This document shows positions 34,105 to 47,660 of a DNA stretch of 64,000 nucleotides, one piece after another. This DNA comes from Anthoceros angustus. Lineage: Eukaryota > Plantae > Anthocerotophyta. Location: contig VJWM01000119.1 of the NCBI GenBank assembly GCA_010909165.1, positions 788,890 through 852,889 of the forward strand, in the 5' to 3' direction. Both the position numbers and the translations under genes were made by a program. The notes below the pieces were generated by a model. The model saw only the letters and a list, made by a program, of their open reading frames with translations, was not told the DNA's origin and searched no databases. Every line of letters starts with the position of its first letter. Positions within the stretch are counted from its first letter, which is position 1.

Positions 34105-36499
34105 AATGCTCATAATCAGTGCGTACTCAGAGAACATGCTTTTTCTTGGGTGGATGTGCTTGCAGAATTCCATTCACATGCACAGTGAGACATGGACATG
34201 GATGGCTAACTGTTCGACCTGGCACCTCTTTATGATAACACAAATCATGATGAGCGGGGAACTTTTGAGCTAATTGAGCAATTACAACCGGTAGCTTCCT
34301 CCCAACGTTGCTAAGAACTACAAGCGGAGAATTGCTTCACAGACCCACAAAAACCAGTGCATTCTCCCACAAGTAACATGATTGTCAAAAGTGCAAGGAT
34401 TCACATCTATGCCAATTATGGATGCTTGCACATTAATCTGTCCATCCACATCCTACACACGTCTCAAGCCTTGACAAAAAGTGACCACAGGACTAAGAAC
34501 AAAGCAAGCCCATGTATATTTTGCAGCGGGACCCCTCCCTTTACGCTATGTCGCCACAACTTGATCCAACCATGTTCTATATCTAGCAGAGCGGTAAAAG
34601 CTGCGGAGTGTTCTTGTTCTTCTCATTGGCCACAGAATAGCTACCATTGGAAACTTGTGGTCGAGGGCGCTTCAAAGCATTTGGGTCACCACGTGGCCAA
34701 TCCGATGGTAGGCACTTTTGTCGATAGGCACGCTCATAGTAGTAACCTTTCACAACCTTTTCACATGCTGCAAAAATCTCACCACCCCACGCTGGATCTT
34801 GATTTGCAGCTAATGTGACCATGGGCTCTGTACAGCACATACATACCAGAACTTTCTCTTTATTACCAGCCTCGAGCACCCATGAAGTTATCTCACACAG
34901 ACGCACCAAATTCCAAACTGCCGGTTGTTCCACCATGGCACTTTGTGAAGCTTTTCTTGGGACGCCACTGGTCTCCGGACTTGGAGGCACCCTTCCGCTT
35001 TCAAAGTTCACAGAGTGCTCCGGCTTGCCTTTTCTAAAGGCGGCGTCGTCACGGATACCTCCACCACTTGGTCGGCCGATGCTTGAGGGAAGTGGCGATT
35101 TCTCCGCATCCTTATGAATGACAATAGCCACTTCATGGTGGCACACACATGGCGCTTCACGGTAGAATCGGCCATTGGAACACCGGCCTGGCCATCCATA
35201 CCATCTGCAAAGCCCGCCATAGTGGTCACGTCCTCCCATCCTTGCTGGGCACCTCCACCTCATCTTCGATTACGCATGGTCACTTCCACACGGGCACAAG
35301 TTCTCAGTTGCGTGTTCGTGCACTGGGTGTGTCATTCTTGTGACGAGTTTCATCATCATGCACAAGGTGGGTGTCCCCCTGCACGACCTGAGTCTCGGTG
35401 TAGAAAACCTGGGTATCCTCACGCCTCTTCCTTTGGTATCCTCTTCCTTTGCCGCATTCGATCTTCAACACTGCGAGTTGTAGGTGGCCTTGTTGGGTCA
35501 CACGGGTGCCACCCACCACCAATCGACCCATGTCGGTGAGTGGAGCGAAAAGCGGGGCCGAAACAAAGAAGTCGCCACGTGAGAGGCATCTGCATCAACC
35601 AAAGGAGCCAACCCCAAACATGACATCCGCCACATGAGTGGGCCAAATACGCGTCTGCGCACCTGATCGTGCCTCACGGGACTCAATCCACAGGTTTGAG
35701 ACACAGGGACCACCAGATCTGGCGACTCCATGACATAGTTGTGCATTGTGTGACGGGTGCTTTGGGATAGGTGGCCGCTGCCCACGTGGTGGTGTGATCA
35801 ACGCCTCGCAGCGAGGGCAGCAGCCTACTATATGTGCCTAGGGACAAGTGCTATTAGCACAAAGGTCTCATATATAGCTTTTCCATGCAAAGCAACAACC
35901 TTAGAGACTACTACTAACGGAGACTCATGAACCCTTCTTATGTGAGTCACGGGGCACTATCTGTGCAGCACCAGTCCCCAACAATTCTTCCAAAGCGGTG
36001 CTCCATGATGTGGAATTCTTTGCATGATAATGCTCATCACTCTGTTCTGTCACGTTCCGGGCATCCGGTTGGACTCCACTAGTGAATGGCCAACCCTTGG
36101 CAACCAGTGTCGGGACTTGAGAACAAGCGAGATTGGGCAGTCACCACGAGCATTATTTTTTACTAAACAAATTAAAAAAGAAAAGAAAAATCGATTGTTG
36201 AGCACAATAGACTTTTAGGTGTGATTGAAGACTCTTAATCTAAGCTTTTTCTTTTATGATAGGTAGAGGTTTTTGATGTTGCTTAGAGAGTGCTATCTTT
36301 CAAACAACTATAGAGAAGTAGTAAAGTTATTTTAGTGAAACCTATTTTAAAATTTTCTTTTTGGGTATTTTTGGTTTTTTTTAACTTTATAATATTTTTA
36401 TTATTATTAAATAGAAAAAATACAATCGGGACACCTCCCTTAATGGGACCTCTAAAGCCACTCCGAACCAGTCCCAATTAGGGAGGGTGGACAGTATTG

Positions 36500-39380
36500 T
36501 GTAAAGACTTGGAGAATACTTGTAATCTTTAAAATCTTAATCTTGTGAAAAAACCATCAAAGACACATGATTGGAAATTGGTGGTCTTTACCATTATGCC
36601 ATAAAAAATTATGCATATGTAGAGAGTTAGGAGTACGGATCAACAAGAGGATTGAAAAAGGTGTGTCATGCAATCACTTATACAGTGGGAAGTTAACTCC
36701 AAGTCATGGTTCATTCGTTCTACAACACATGTAGCCAAAAGGTTTTTTTGTTATCCCAATGAAAGTGAGGATGTTATGTTCAATACTCGGGAAAAGAATC
36801 ATCTTAAAGTTTATAATCATGTGAAAGCTATAATGAAGAGAAAGTCATCAAATCTAGTCTTGAAAGGTGCATTATGTGCACAAGTTTAGATCTCAAAAAA
36901 TATGAGACTCAAAGGTATTGCAACAAGGAAAATGATACTCTATTCAAACTACCTAAAAAATACTAGGTAAATAATACTTTACCATTAGATCTCCAAAAAC
37001 ATATAATAGTTAGAAAACATGTACCGCTCCGAGACTTCAAGCATGTACGGTTTATAGTACGCTTTGGTATATCATGTTAGGCGTTAAAAACAGAAGTGAC
37101 CCAGACAACAATAACAACAACAAGTTTATTTATGTCTATTAAGGATGAAAAGTCCATCATTGGACAAAGATAGTACAGTGCAAAAAGAGGCGAAACAATG
37201 TGTACACATGCACATGTCTTAACTAGAGAGAAAGGGACTGTCAAAGATGAGAGAAAAAAGGAAGGAAAGCTATAAGAGGCAAAAATCTATAAAGAGTTTA
37301 ACTAGGTCTGCCGAAAATCAAGAAGCTTAGAGAAACATAGGCCGATGGGCTTTGGTGCATGAAACGAGAAGAATCTTCGCAAGGGAAAACCAGTACACTA
37401 AAAAAGAAGAGTGTGACGAGCCCGAATAGAAGCATAGACATGGCAATAGAAGAGGAAAAGCAATTGATTCGGTCAAGAGAGCGAGCTTGCAACACGGCTT
37501 GAGGAGGCGTGGGCTTAAGCCAATGGTCGATCTCGATATGGAGGTAATGGGAGCTAACACGTAATTGGCCGGTGAGTGTCTGCGGAGCTTAGGAGAGGGC
37601 GGTGAGGAGGAGGTAGCAGGTAGGCGAGAAACGGAGGTGACACGAAACCCTCGTTGTAGAAATGGAGTTTGGGCATTAGGAGAGGGGCAAATGAGAGGGG
37701 ACCAAGTGAGACGAAGATATCTTAATTTAAGGTCCCGCCGGATGAGGTGGTTGTGAGGGAGATGAGAAAGGGGAGGGGGAATGGGGAGTAGGCCAATTTG
37801 GTAGTCTAAGAGGTTCAAATTCAAGCCGTTTAAGCCAATCAACTACCTGGAAGAGCCAACAAAAGGAAGCTTGGAAATCAATATGGAGCCAAAGGGTGGG
37901 AAGACTTGTATGCAAGGAGATGGTAGGGGAGGGTGGGCGATGTAAAGACTTGGAGAATACTTGTAATCTTTAAAATCTTAATCTTGTGAAAAAACCATCA
38001 AAGACACATGATTGGAAATTGGTGGTCTTTACCATTATGCCATAAAAAATTATGCATATGTAGAGAGTTAGAGCACGGATCAACAAGAGGATTGAAAAGG
38101 TGTGTCATGCAATCACTTATACGGTGGGAAGTTAACTCCAAGTCATGGTTCATTCTACAACACATGTAGCCAAAAGGTTTTTGTTATCCCAATGAAAGTG
38201 AGGATGTTATGTTCAATACTGGAAAAGAATCATCTTAAAGTTTATAATCATGTGAAAGCTATAATGAAGAGAAAGTCATCAAATCTAGTCTTGAAAGGTG
38301 CATTATGTGCACAAGTTTAGATCTCAAAAAATATGAGACTCAAAGGTATTGCAACAAGGAAAATGATACTCTATTCAAACTACCTAAAAAATACTAGGTA
38401 AATAATACTTTACCATTAGATCTCCAAAACATATAATAGTTAGAAAACATGTACTCAGACTTCAAGCATATACGGTTTATAGTACGCTTTGGTATATCAT
38501 GTTAGGCGTTAAAAGCAGTGACCCAGACAACAATAACAACAACAAGTTTATTTATGTCTATTAAGGATGAAAAGTCCATCATTGGACAAAGATAGATCTG
38601 ATGCAAAAAGAAACAATGTGTACACATGCACATGTCTTAACTAGAGAGAAAGGGACTATCAAAGATGAGAGAAAAAAGGAAGGAAAGCTATAAGAGGCAA
38701 AAATCTATAAAGAGTTTAACTAGGTCTGCCGAAAATCAAGAAGCTTAGAGAAACATAGGCCGATGGGCTTTGGTGCATGAAACGAGAAGAATCTTCGCAA
38801 GGGAAAACCAGTACACTAAAAAAGAAGAGTGTGACGAGCCCGAATAGAAGCATAGACATGGCAATAGAAGAGGAAAAGCAATTCAGATTCAGTGTCAAGA
38901 GAGCAGAGCTTGCAAATACGGGCAGCTTGAGGAGGCGTGGGCTTAAGCCAATGGTCGATCTCGATATGGAGGTAATGGGAGCTAACACGTAATTGACCAG
39001 TGAGTGTGCGGAGCTTGAAGGAGAGAGGACAGCTGAGGTAACGTGGTAGGGCAGGGAAACCAGAGGGGTATTGACACGAAACTCCTCGTTGTAGAAATGG
39101 AGTTTGGGCATTAGGAGAGGGGCAAATGAGAGGGGGGACCAAGTGAGACGAAGATATCTTAATTTAAGGTCCCGCCGGATGAGGTGGTTGTGAGGGAGAT
39201 GAGAAAGGGGGAGGGGGGAATGGGGAGTAGGCCAAGCTGGTAGTCTAAGAGGTTCAAATTCAAGCCGTTTAAGCCAATCAACTACCTGGAAGAGCCAACA
39301 AAAGGAAGCTTGGAAATCAATATGGAGCCAAAGGGAGTGGGAAGACTTGTATGCAAGGAGATGGTAGGGGGGAGGGCTGG
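36500..39380. repeat. Tandem duplication, ~1.44 kb x2 (36500-37940; 37941-~39380)
   Basis: Both units begin tgtaaagacttggagaatac. gggagggtgg microhomology at the breakpoints. Confidence 0.9.
37105..37940 (-). mobile_element. LINE 3' end, copy 1 (RTE-X/CR1-L2-like C-terminal CCHC region with (TTG)n tail)
   Basis: LRVSSHYLHIEI..W and a C..C..C zinc-finger-like region. On the - strand, AATAAA is followed by ttgttgttgttattgttgt. Confidence 0.65.
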
Positions 39381-39680
39381 GGCTAACAATGTCAAGAAGG
39401 AGGAGGCAATAAAGGAGACAAGATAGGCAAAAGAGGCCATCGAGTTCAAGGGGGAAGGCAGCAATCTCAGCAAGGAGGATAGGTAAGGGGGTCGAACGCA
39501 AGGGAGTGGGAAGACTTGTATGCAAGGAGATGGTAGGGGGGAGGGCTGGGGCTAACAATGTCAAGAAGGAGGAGGCGGTAAAGGAGACAAGATAGGAAAA
39601 AGAGGCCATCGAGTTCAAGGGGGAAGGCAGCAAACTCAGCAAGGAGGATAGGTAAGGGGGTTGAACGCTTGCAGGCAATG
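38525..39680 (-). mobile_element. LINE 3' end, copy 2 (5'-truncated), with an internal ~170-bp duplication at 39332-39670
   Basis: LRVSSHYLHIEIDHWLKP..RICKLC..ESELLFLFYC..YASIR; same (TTG)n tail. Confidence 0.7.
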
Positions 39681-40578
39681 TGAGCAGGGAACAACTTCAA
39701 AAGCTAGTGGGGGAAGAGATCCACCTCTTGGAGACTAGGTCGTGGGGTCAGACGCCTTTTCGAGGTTCGATGGGGTTTCTTTCTTGCATTGTACATTGGC
39801 ATGCTTGTTTGAATGTACTCTCTGTCCCCTTTGAGGTGCTACAGTCCATGTATGTTACCCTCAGGCGCTGTGTGTTAGACGTAGGAGTATAGCCCACATC
39901 TTTCCCTGAATTTGACCTTTCTGTGATGGTACATAGAGAAGCTGGGAACATGTTCTTTAGTCAACTTTCTCACCTACTGCCAAATCCTTTGAGGGCGTCG
40001 ATTGGGAACTTGATTAACCATTCGGGCGTCGATTGGGAACTTGATTAACCATTCGCTCATCGAAAAGGTCACCAAGTCCTTCATTGGGCACTGGCGTGAT
40101 GCCCTGCATCAGATGCAGCGAAGGGAATACATTCCTTTGGAGATTTGGCCTATGCCATCAGAGTATACTTGACTAGTCCCCTGTGCAAGGTAGAGTGGTA
40201 GATGAGGGACCCCATGGAAGCTAGGGATGGCCACTTTTGTGCCGCCATATGAGTAGAGTAGTTTCCGAGTCATTGCCAGTCCGTTCGACTCCTTTGTAGG
40301 TTTGTTCAAACCTCAACTTGTACAAAGTCCTAAGAAATGCGAATCTAAACTACAAAAAAAAAGTCCCGCGGTATAGAATACCCTTCCACGCGCATGTGGC
40401 AAACCCGTACCCATGGTCTTAAGATATCCATATTGAGTACAAAAACAAGAATTGAATTCTACTAAATATTTACCTAGGTGGCCACTCCAATATTAACAAA
40501 CGATAAAACTGAACTATAGCATATACAGAGCAAGATATCAGTATTTTTTACTTAGTTAGGCTAGATTAGTGGTAGTAG

Positions 40579-43070
40579 TGTTAGGTCCGGTACTGAAAAT
40601 CGCCCTTCACCTGGGCGTGCTGGCCTCCCTCGTGTGTGGCCTCTGCGCGAGATTGTGATTTAAACATGGAGAGCACTCACGATGAAGACTCTTGAGAATT
40701 ACTGAGTGTGTTGATTGATTGTGAGATCGTGTGAGGGCATTAAGAATGCCTCAACGTGAAAAGGTGTGTTTGTTCGGATCGGTGTCTTATGAGTTGGTGT
40801 CTGTTCAGATTAATCGGCTTCATATTGAAACCACTTTCACACACCCCCCTTGAAGCTAAATGATTTGAAGACATCACAAATCTACAAGGCCTAATAATGA
40901 ACAGAAGCCTTCGTGCTTGATCTTGCCGAGGGGCTTCGTTAGGATGTCCGCTAGTTGATCTTCAGTGGGAACGTATGTGAGTAGCAATTCTCCAGATTCC
41001 ATCTTAGAGCGGAGAAAGTGATATCGTAACAACTTGATGTGCTTCGAACGTTCATGAAACCTCATGTCTTGGGATAGAGCGATGGTTGCCTGGTTATCAC
41101 ACATGAGCTCCACTGGCCCATCGTGGATACCGAGGTCTTGAAGGAGCCGCATGCAAGCCACAGTCCTTCCTTGGCTGAAGCGGCTGCAATGTATTCGGAC
41201 TCACTGAACTCGAGCTATCGACGTGCAGCTGACTTCGGCGTAGCTCACTGCTCCTCCTGCAAGCATAAACACATAGCCACTGGTGGATTTCCTAGTGTCG
41301 GGATCTCCAGCCCGGCGTCGATCCAATAAGCTTGCTTTGGGCATTAGGACCTCCTTTGTCTGTATTCCACGGGTTTTAGTACGTTGGAGGTATCTCGAAT
41401 TCTCTTGGCAGCAACCCAATGAAGCTTGCCAGGATTGGATAGGAACTGAGAGACATGTCCGTTAGGACATGCTACATCTACCCTGGTATATTGAGCTAAA
41501 TGCTGGACACTACCCACCACGCCTGCATAAGGAATTAATTGCATCTCTGCAAGTTCAACGGATGAGGTGACATTGTTCTACTAAGCCGAGAGCCAGTTTG
41601 CATCGGGTATCGGGCTTCTGACTAGACATCTGATACTTGGTTAGCAAATTAGAGACATATGTACCCTGATGTAAAGTGATACTCTGATAAGACAGATCTT
41701 GAATAACTTGGATGCCAAGACAATATGTCATACTACCATTGTCTGTCATTTTGAATTCCTTCCGAAGGTCAGACTTGCATTCAACTAAATACTTCTCATC
41801 ATTAGAGACCATGATCAGATCATTAACATAAAGGCCCATCATAAGCATCTGTTGTCCTCTGTTTCTTGTGAAGACGCTAGAATCAACGGAACTTTTAGCA
41901 TAACCCAGGCTTAGTAAATACCAGAGGAGACGCTCGTGCCAGCCTCTCGGAGACTGCTTCAATCCATAGAGCGTTTTCTTAAGTAGGCAAACCTTGTTTT
42001 CTTGGCCTGGTGTTCGGCTTGGTTAGGATCTGTAGAAAGAGCACCAAGAAGGGAAGCTTCATCAAAAATCACATTACGGGCAAGGGTGAAAGTCCTGTTT
42101 TGGCGATCGAAGAGGCGATAACCCTTCACGCCTGAATCTTCTCCATAGCCCACAAAGGTGAGTTTGATGGAGCGTGGGTCCAGCTTCTTTCGAATCTCTG
42201 GTGGAGCATACTTATAAGCTGTGCATCCAAAGATACGTAAGTGGCTAACAGTTGGTTTCTTCCCTGCCAGATCTCAAAAGGCGTTGTGTCTTCAATTGTA
42301 GAAGTCCTGGTGATTACGAGCAGAGCACACAGGCGTGAGGCATACGCGCCTTAGGTAATTTGGGAGGGCAACCGTAGCAAGAGAACTCCGCACCCCATCC
42401 ATTAGGGATCGATGCCGTCGCTCAGCTTTGCCTAGTTGTTGATGAGAATACGGAACTATCTTCTGATGTTGGATTCCGTGTGACAGGAGATGGCCCTCAA
42501 ATAGTGGGGAGGTGAGTTCTCCTGCGTTGCCAGTGCGGAAGATCTTAATCTTCTGCCCTGTGTGATTTTCAGCATAGGCTTGAAAGGCTTGAAAGTTGGG
42601 AAAAGCTTCTGGATTATGTTTCAAGAAATAGAGGTGCGTCCAGTGGCTGAAGTCATCCAGCAACACGAACATGTACAATTTGCCTATCAAAGTGGCTGTC
42701 TGCATAGGGCCACATAGGTCAGCATGGACCAATTCAAGCTCTCTTGACGTCTGTGTAAAAGATCGAGGGTAGGGCTGGCTGGTGTGTTTGCCAATCACAC
42801 AGCCATGGCAGAGAGGTAAAGGTCCCAGCTTAGCAGGTAACCCTAAAACGAGATTTTTGGCGTACATTCTCTGCATGCCCTGAAAATGTAAGTGTGCCAA
42901 ACGCAAGTGCCAAAGAGTGGTTGTGGCATCTATATTGGAAGCTACTAAACTGTGTGTGATATGGGTTGTACTGAGGGTTTGGGGCAGGATACCTGAAGCC
43001 ACATAAAATAGCTTTCCACTTTGGGGATAGAACAACTTGACCTGTTGCCCGAAGGCAAGTCTAAGTGCTA
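40579..43070 (-). mobile_element. Ty1/Copia LTR retrotransposon, 5'-truncated with an internal deletion; 3' LTR ~40579-40841
   Basis: LWHLRLAH, CHGCVIGKH, LELVHADLCGPM, GKAERRHRSL (integrase); GYGEDS.KGYRLFD; LYGLKQSPRGW, LYVNDLI (RT); STSGYVF, CDNQATIALS..HERSKHI (RNase H). PPT aggggg precedes TGTGAAAG. Confidence 0.92.
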
Positions 43071-44299
43071 TAAAGGGGTATAAGCATGGTTGGGTGCTCA
43101 CTTTAGTTAGAAACGGTTGAAACGCTCTTAATTTGTCCTCACGCAATGTTTACAATTATGAAAAATTCATTTCTTTTCCAACTTGTCTGATTTTTTTTAC
43201 ATGTTATAGTCATGTCTATTTTTATCTAGGATTAAAATTTAATAAAGAATGGTATATTAAAATATGCTTTAAAAATTCAACTTGTTTAAGGACAATGTCC
43301 CCACATAGCTGGCCTTTTGCCGCTTCATTTCACGAACTCGTGGCCCAGGAACGGGCCCGCCAACGCGCTGCCTTCGAAATGCTCCGAGTTTAATAATCAA
43401 CATAGAATATCATTTACAGGGTGCAGGCGGGACTGGAGTACGTGCATACCGCTTTTGTGCTGGCAAATGACCTAGGTACTGTAGAGCTCAACTTGAACTC
43501 TGTAGGCTAGGCCGGTAATCGTGACAAGCTCCGTGGAGCTCAACTTGAACTCAGGCTATGCTGGTAATCGTGACAAGCTCCTGTGGCTACATGTGGAGGA
43601 CGTGGTGGAAGGAGCGGATCAGTTGACGGCGCCAAGTTGCAAGTAGGTCCGCCGCTACCGGGTTGGTGGATAGTGCGGGGCGGTGTCCGCTTCAAATACG
43701 GTGGATAGTGCCGTGGCGTTGGAGGTGGTGTCAAAACCCTTGGTCGCTTTTGGGATTGCATATGGCTCGGCCACCTTCCCAACAACGGAGTCGATGGGCA
43801 CCAAACGTCCACAACGGCAGCGGAAGCACTAACAACAAGGTGCTTCACGTGAAGTCGTGTCCGTGGTGTGGGAAGAAGAAGGCGTGGATACATCCCGGAG
43901 GTGGACAGAGTGATGTTAAACGAGGAGTCACGCCCCTCCAGCCAAGGAGAGTAGGGGAGGATGCTCCTTCCGGGAGAGTTGAAGGAGAGGGCGCCAAAAC
44001 ATCAACAGCCGTGTAAGCATAGAGCGGCAGGCTCTTGCAGCCAATTGTATTAGGGAATGCTCGCGTGAACAAGAAGTGGCTCGACACTAGCCAATCGCTT
44101 TTATGCCTCACGATACACGGCAGAAAGTCGAGAGACATCTTGGAGGTGTTTAGTCACCTACCACTTCTCAAGTTGTATAGGCTGGGCTACAAAGGATGCA
44201 AAAGAGATCCAACTAGGAGCATTGTTGTTGAAGAATGTGCGTGAGGCTTGCACAAACTTGAAGGCGATTCAAGTTGGAGACCATTTTGAGCAAGGAACA

Positions 44300-45310
44300 C
44301 CTGTCAACGTCATTTTATCTCAAGATCTCCAAGACAATCACCTTGTTGCTCGCTTTCACCACATTGGAGTCGGAGGCGGATCCATCGAGCCCTAAGCACA
44401 AGGCGGGGAGGCATGCCTCGTGACGGATCTGTTGGGTGATGGAAGGAGATCAAGATCGACATCCTTTCGCCACATGTTAAGGCCACCATCGTCCACTTTT
44501 GGGAATCGCTTCCGTCCTTCATCCAACACAAAAGATACCAAGCGGTTGCGAATAGCACGCGTTCATCAAACATATCACGCACTTTACGGACATATCACGG
44601 TATGTGTGGAATTGTCGACTTCTGAGTTTGAAGTGTTGATTGTATTGTTCTTCTCAAGGACGTAATGTGGAAGTTTGGCTTGCTAGGTTTGATTTGTGTC
44701 TAGGTTGTTGATCGAAGGGCGTGTCTTGGGTCCTTCTAACGCTTGTGTTTCCTTCCTCATACAACCGTAGGGTGTCTTCCTATTGGGCAACTAAGTGGTG
44801 ACACCTCTTGTAACAGACATTTGGGCCGGTGTGTTACATGTTTGTCTTTGTTCGTCGGTGGGACCCAAGCTTGCATGTTTGACCCCAATGTCCTATGCTC
44901 ACATATGATCTGCGACTCCATGTGGCCTCCATTGTGGGTTTGGTGTTGCTTTTACCAGGGGTTTCTTAGGCTGATTGGTGTTCTTCTCGTGACATGTGCG
45001 ACGAGTTCTACCTTCGCTCGCCAAGAACACCCGGAAATACAAGTTGGGCAAAGTCATTCGAGAAGTTGAAGCCGTTCTTTGTTAAGAGCTTGCAAGAGCG
45101 CAATCCGTCATTTACTATGTGGAAATGGCGCTCCTTAAAGATGCCTTCAATAACCTCCGGCACAGCCTGTGGTTCACCCCGCGTGTCATTGTTCCTGCCT
45201 CGGTGTGCTCATCCTTTTGGCTCAAGAGCTTCCTGTAACGCCTCCACTTGTTTGGCTTCACCAGACACTATGTGAGGCGTGTTCTTTGTGCAAAGGTGAG
45301 GATCTTGCCC
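44300..45310 (+). pseudogene. DNA-transposase N-terminal fragment, possibly Sola2-like
   Basis: FWES..PSSNTKDTKRLRI; HPEIQVGQS.FEKLKPFFVKSLQERN..IYYVEM..LKDAFNNLR. No catalytic core or TIRs found. Confidence 0.4.
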
Positions 45311-45339
45311 GGCATTCCCCGCATGCTTACAGAATACGC

Positions 45340-45970
45340 GATGGTGAGCTTCAATATTTGTTTTAAATTTTTTTTATTAAAATAAATCAAACATCGAAAG
45401 GAGAAACCTTTAACATGCGTTTTGATTTCCCTAGGTGTTTTCCACGAAGGAGGAAGATGGTGAGCTTCAACATTTGTTTTTATTTTTTTTATTATTAAAA
45501 TAAATCAAACATCGAAAGGAGAAACCTTTAACATGCGTTTTGATTTCCCTAGGTGTTTTCCACATCGTAAAATTGCGCGGGCTCCTAGATGTTTTAATTT
45601 AGTATTATGAAAATAATCAAACATTGAAGGAGAACCATTTAACATGGGTTTTGATTCCCCTATGTGTTTTCCACATAGTAACATCGAGCTCCTATGATGA
45701 GTGATACCCTAATCAAACTAATCTTTGCTTATCGATACCTTACTAGTTTGATTCCCGAATCACCAATAGAACGTCATCACAGGCTTAGATGACTAGTTAC
45801 TGATACCTAATCAAACTAATCTTTGCTTATCGATACCTTACTAGTCTTGTGCATGAATCACCAATAGGAATGTCATCGCTGCCTAGATGACTAGTTCTGA
45901 TACCCTAATCAAACTAATCTTTGCTTACCGTTACCTTACTAGTCTTGTGTCATTGAACCAATAGGAACGC
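45340..45970. repeat. Two tandem arrays: ~115-bp x2-3 (45340-45680) and ~98-bp x3 (45700-45970)
   Basis: aatcaaacatcgaaaggagaaacctttaacatg occurs 3 times; tgataccctaatcaaactaatctttgctta occurs 3 times. Confidence 0.85.
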
Positions 45971-46189
45971 CATCGGATTCTACGATTCGTTCTCAAGAGC
46001 ATCGCAATTTAGTTCAATAAATTACTCATCCAACTAGGTTAGAGAGAATTTGCAATGTTTTTAGTTTGTTTGAGGTTCACCTATTGAGCTATCAATATGA
46101 ACTATAGCTACATATAAACTCAAATCTCCAATTCTACAACTTGACCTCAAGAGTGATGTTGTTATATTGTACAACATAAGATTGATCCT

Positions 46190-47660
46190 TGTGGTCCCAA
46201 ATTCACAATGTCCGCTTACTATGGCGATGCATCCCATATGGAACCATACAAATAAATAGGTTGGCTTGGATAGGTATCATTGATTGATAATTGTTGTTCT
46301 CTTGTCAATAATATAATAGTATCGCCCACAAGCCATCAGTAAAAAGCTAAATATTAGCAACAAATACTTATCCCCACAATTTAAAGAAGAAGCAAATATA
46401 GTACTTCGTATTTGTTCGTATAAGATATGGTATAAGTATGCCAACTTTGAGAACAATCAAATTAGGTGGGTCCGACTTATGTGTGGATTAGAGATGCCAT
46501 TGACAAAAATTGGTTTGGACAAAAGTTTTTTATTTCCAACCCATTCAAAGTCAATCTCATCTTGATGAGTGTCACCTTCTTGAGAAGAAACATAAAAGCT
46601 CGTTACCAAACCGATTGGTATTACCAGTGCACATTTCATATTACTTGAAAATGTACGAGTAAACGATGACGAGATTGAAAACGCTACCACAACTTGCGTC
46701 AAGTCGATCCATAAATTGGTAGATGTATCCACCACATGGTCGCTACAATAGTTAGAATAAGCGGATCCAATGAATTTGTTTGCCCATATTGTGGAGGAGG
46801 ACTCCATGCTCCCTCGGATAAGGGAGATACTATTGATATAGAACTAAAGTTCGTATAAAATGGAGCCTTATTCCAATCAACTCCATTCTTCTCCGTGTTT
46901 GAATCATCTTGAATGGAACCATAGATACTTCTAGGTTTAGTAGGATATGTTTGTGTTTCACTATATAAGATGGAGCGAATTACCATATCATCTACTAGCC
47001 ATCTGTAACAAATGCAACATGACACAACTTTAATTATTAACAAAATTATTTTTAACAAATAATAATATTCAATTACTTGGTGTAAAGAATATGAATCTTA
47101 CACTATAGAATGACTGTCCCATTTGATGGCATACTTGTGAGAAGAGGATGTGGTATCAAACCACGCCACTATAACTTCTTCATTACTTGTCTTGGAACTT
47201 CCAGATAATAGCGGGTTACAAGGAATTGGATAATCCCCAAGGAAAGCAAAACTAATACCATCGATACGGTCCTCGGAAGGAGCAATCTGCAATTCAATGT
47301 ACCAAAAATGAAACAAGGGGCCTATGATATCGATCTTATTTTGAGTGAGGAGTTTACGAAAACCTACCAAGAATTCATGGACAGTAGCATTTGAAGGCGC
47401 TTGGATGACGCTGAACACACACGGAAGAAAAGGTGTCGTTGGAATGGAACTTGCCACCTACAAGACAAAACATATCCATCGAGAATTCGGTGACATTTAG
47501 TAAAATAGAAGGCTTTAGTGTGCATCAATCTTGGGATGAATTCCAAGTTCACCGCAATCATGATCGAGATGGATAGATATAGAGCCGTCGGTGGATATAT
47601 CTACGTGAGTGGGCAGAATCCACAACCACATTATGCAACGGCTCCTCTAGTGGTAGGTTG
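46190..47660 (-). pseudogene. GH16 EG16/XTH-like gene with two tandem GH16 domains, degenerate
   Basis: Domain 2: YCSDHV..MKC..GLVTSFYVSSQEGDTHQDEIDFEWVGNKK..WLV..YPSQPIYLYGSIWDAS. Domain 1: HVDISTDGSISIHLDHDCG..DGISFAFLG..FDTTSSSHKYAIKW..RWLVDD..YPTKPRSIYGSI..VDWNKAPF. GT-AG introns at 47003-47101 and ~47458-47552. Confidence 0.75.

Noticed and set aside
38716-39678. 320-aa ORF as a host gene
   Set aside because: Mixed-frame reading of a degenerate LINE 3' end with an internal duplication.
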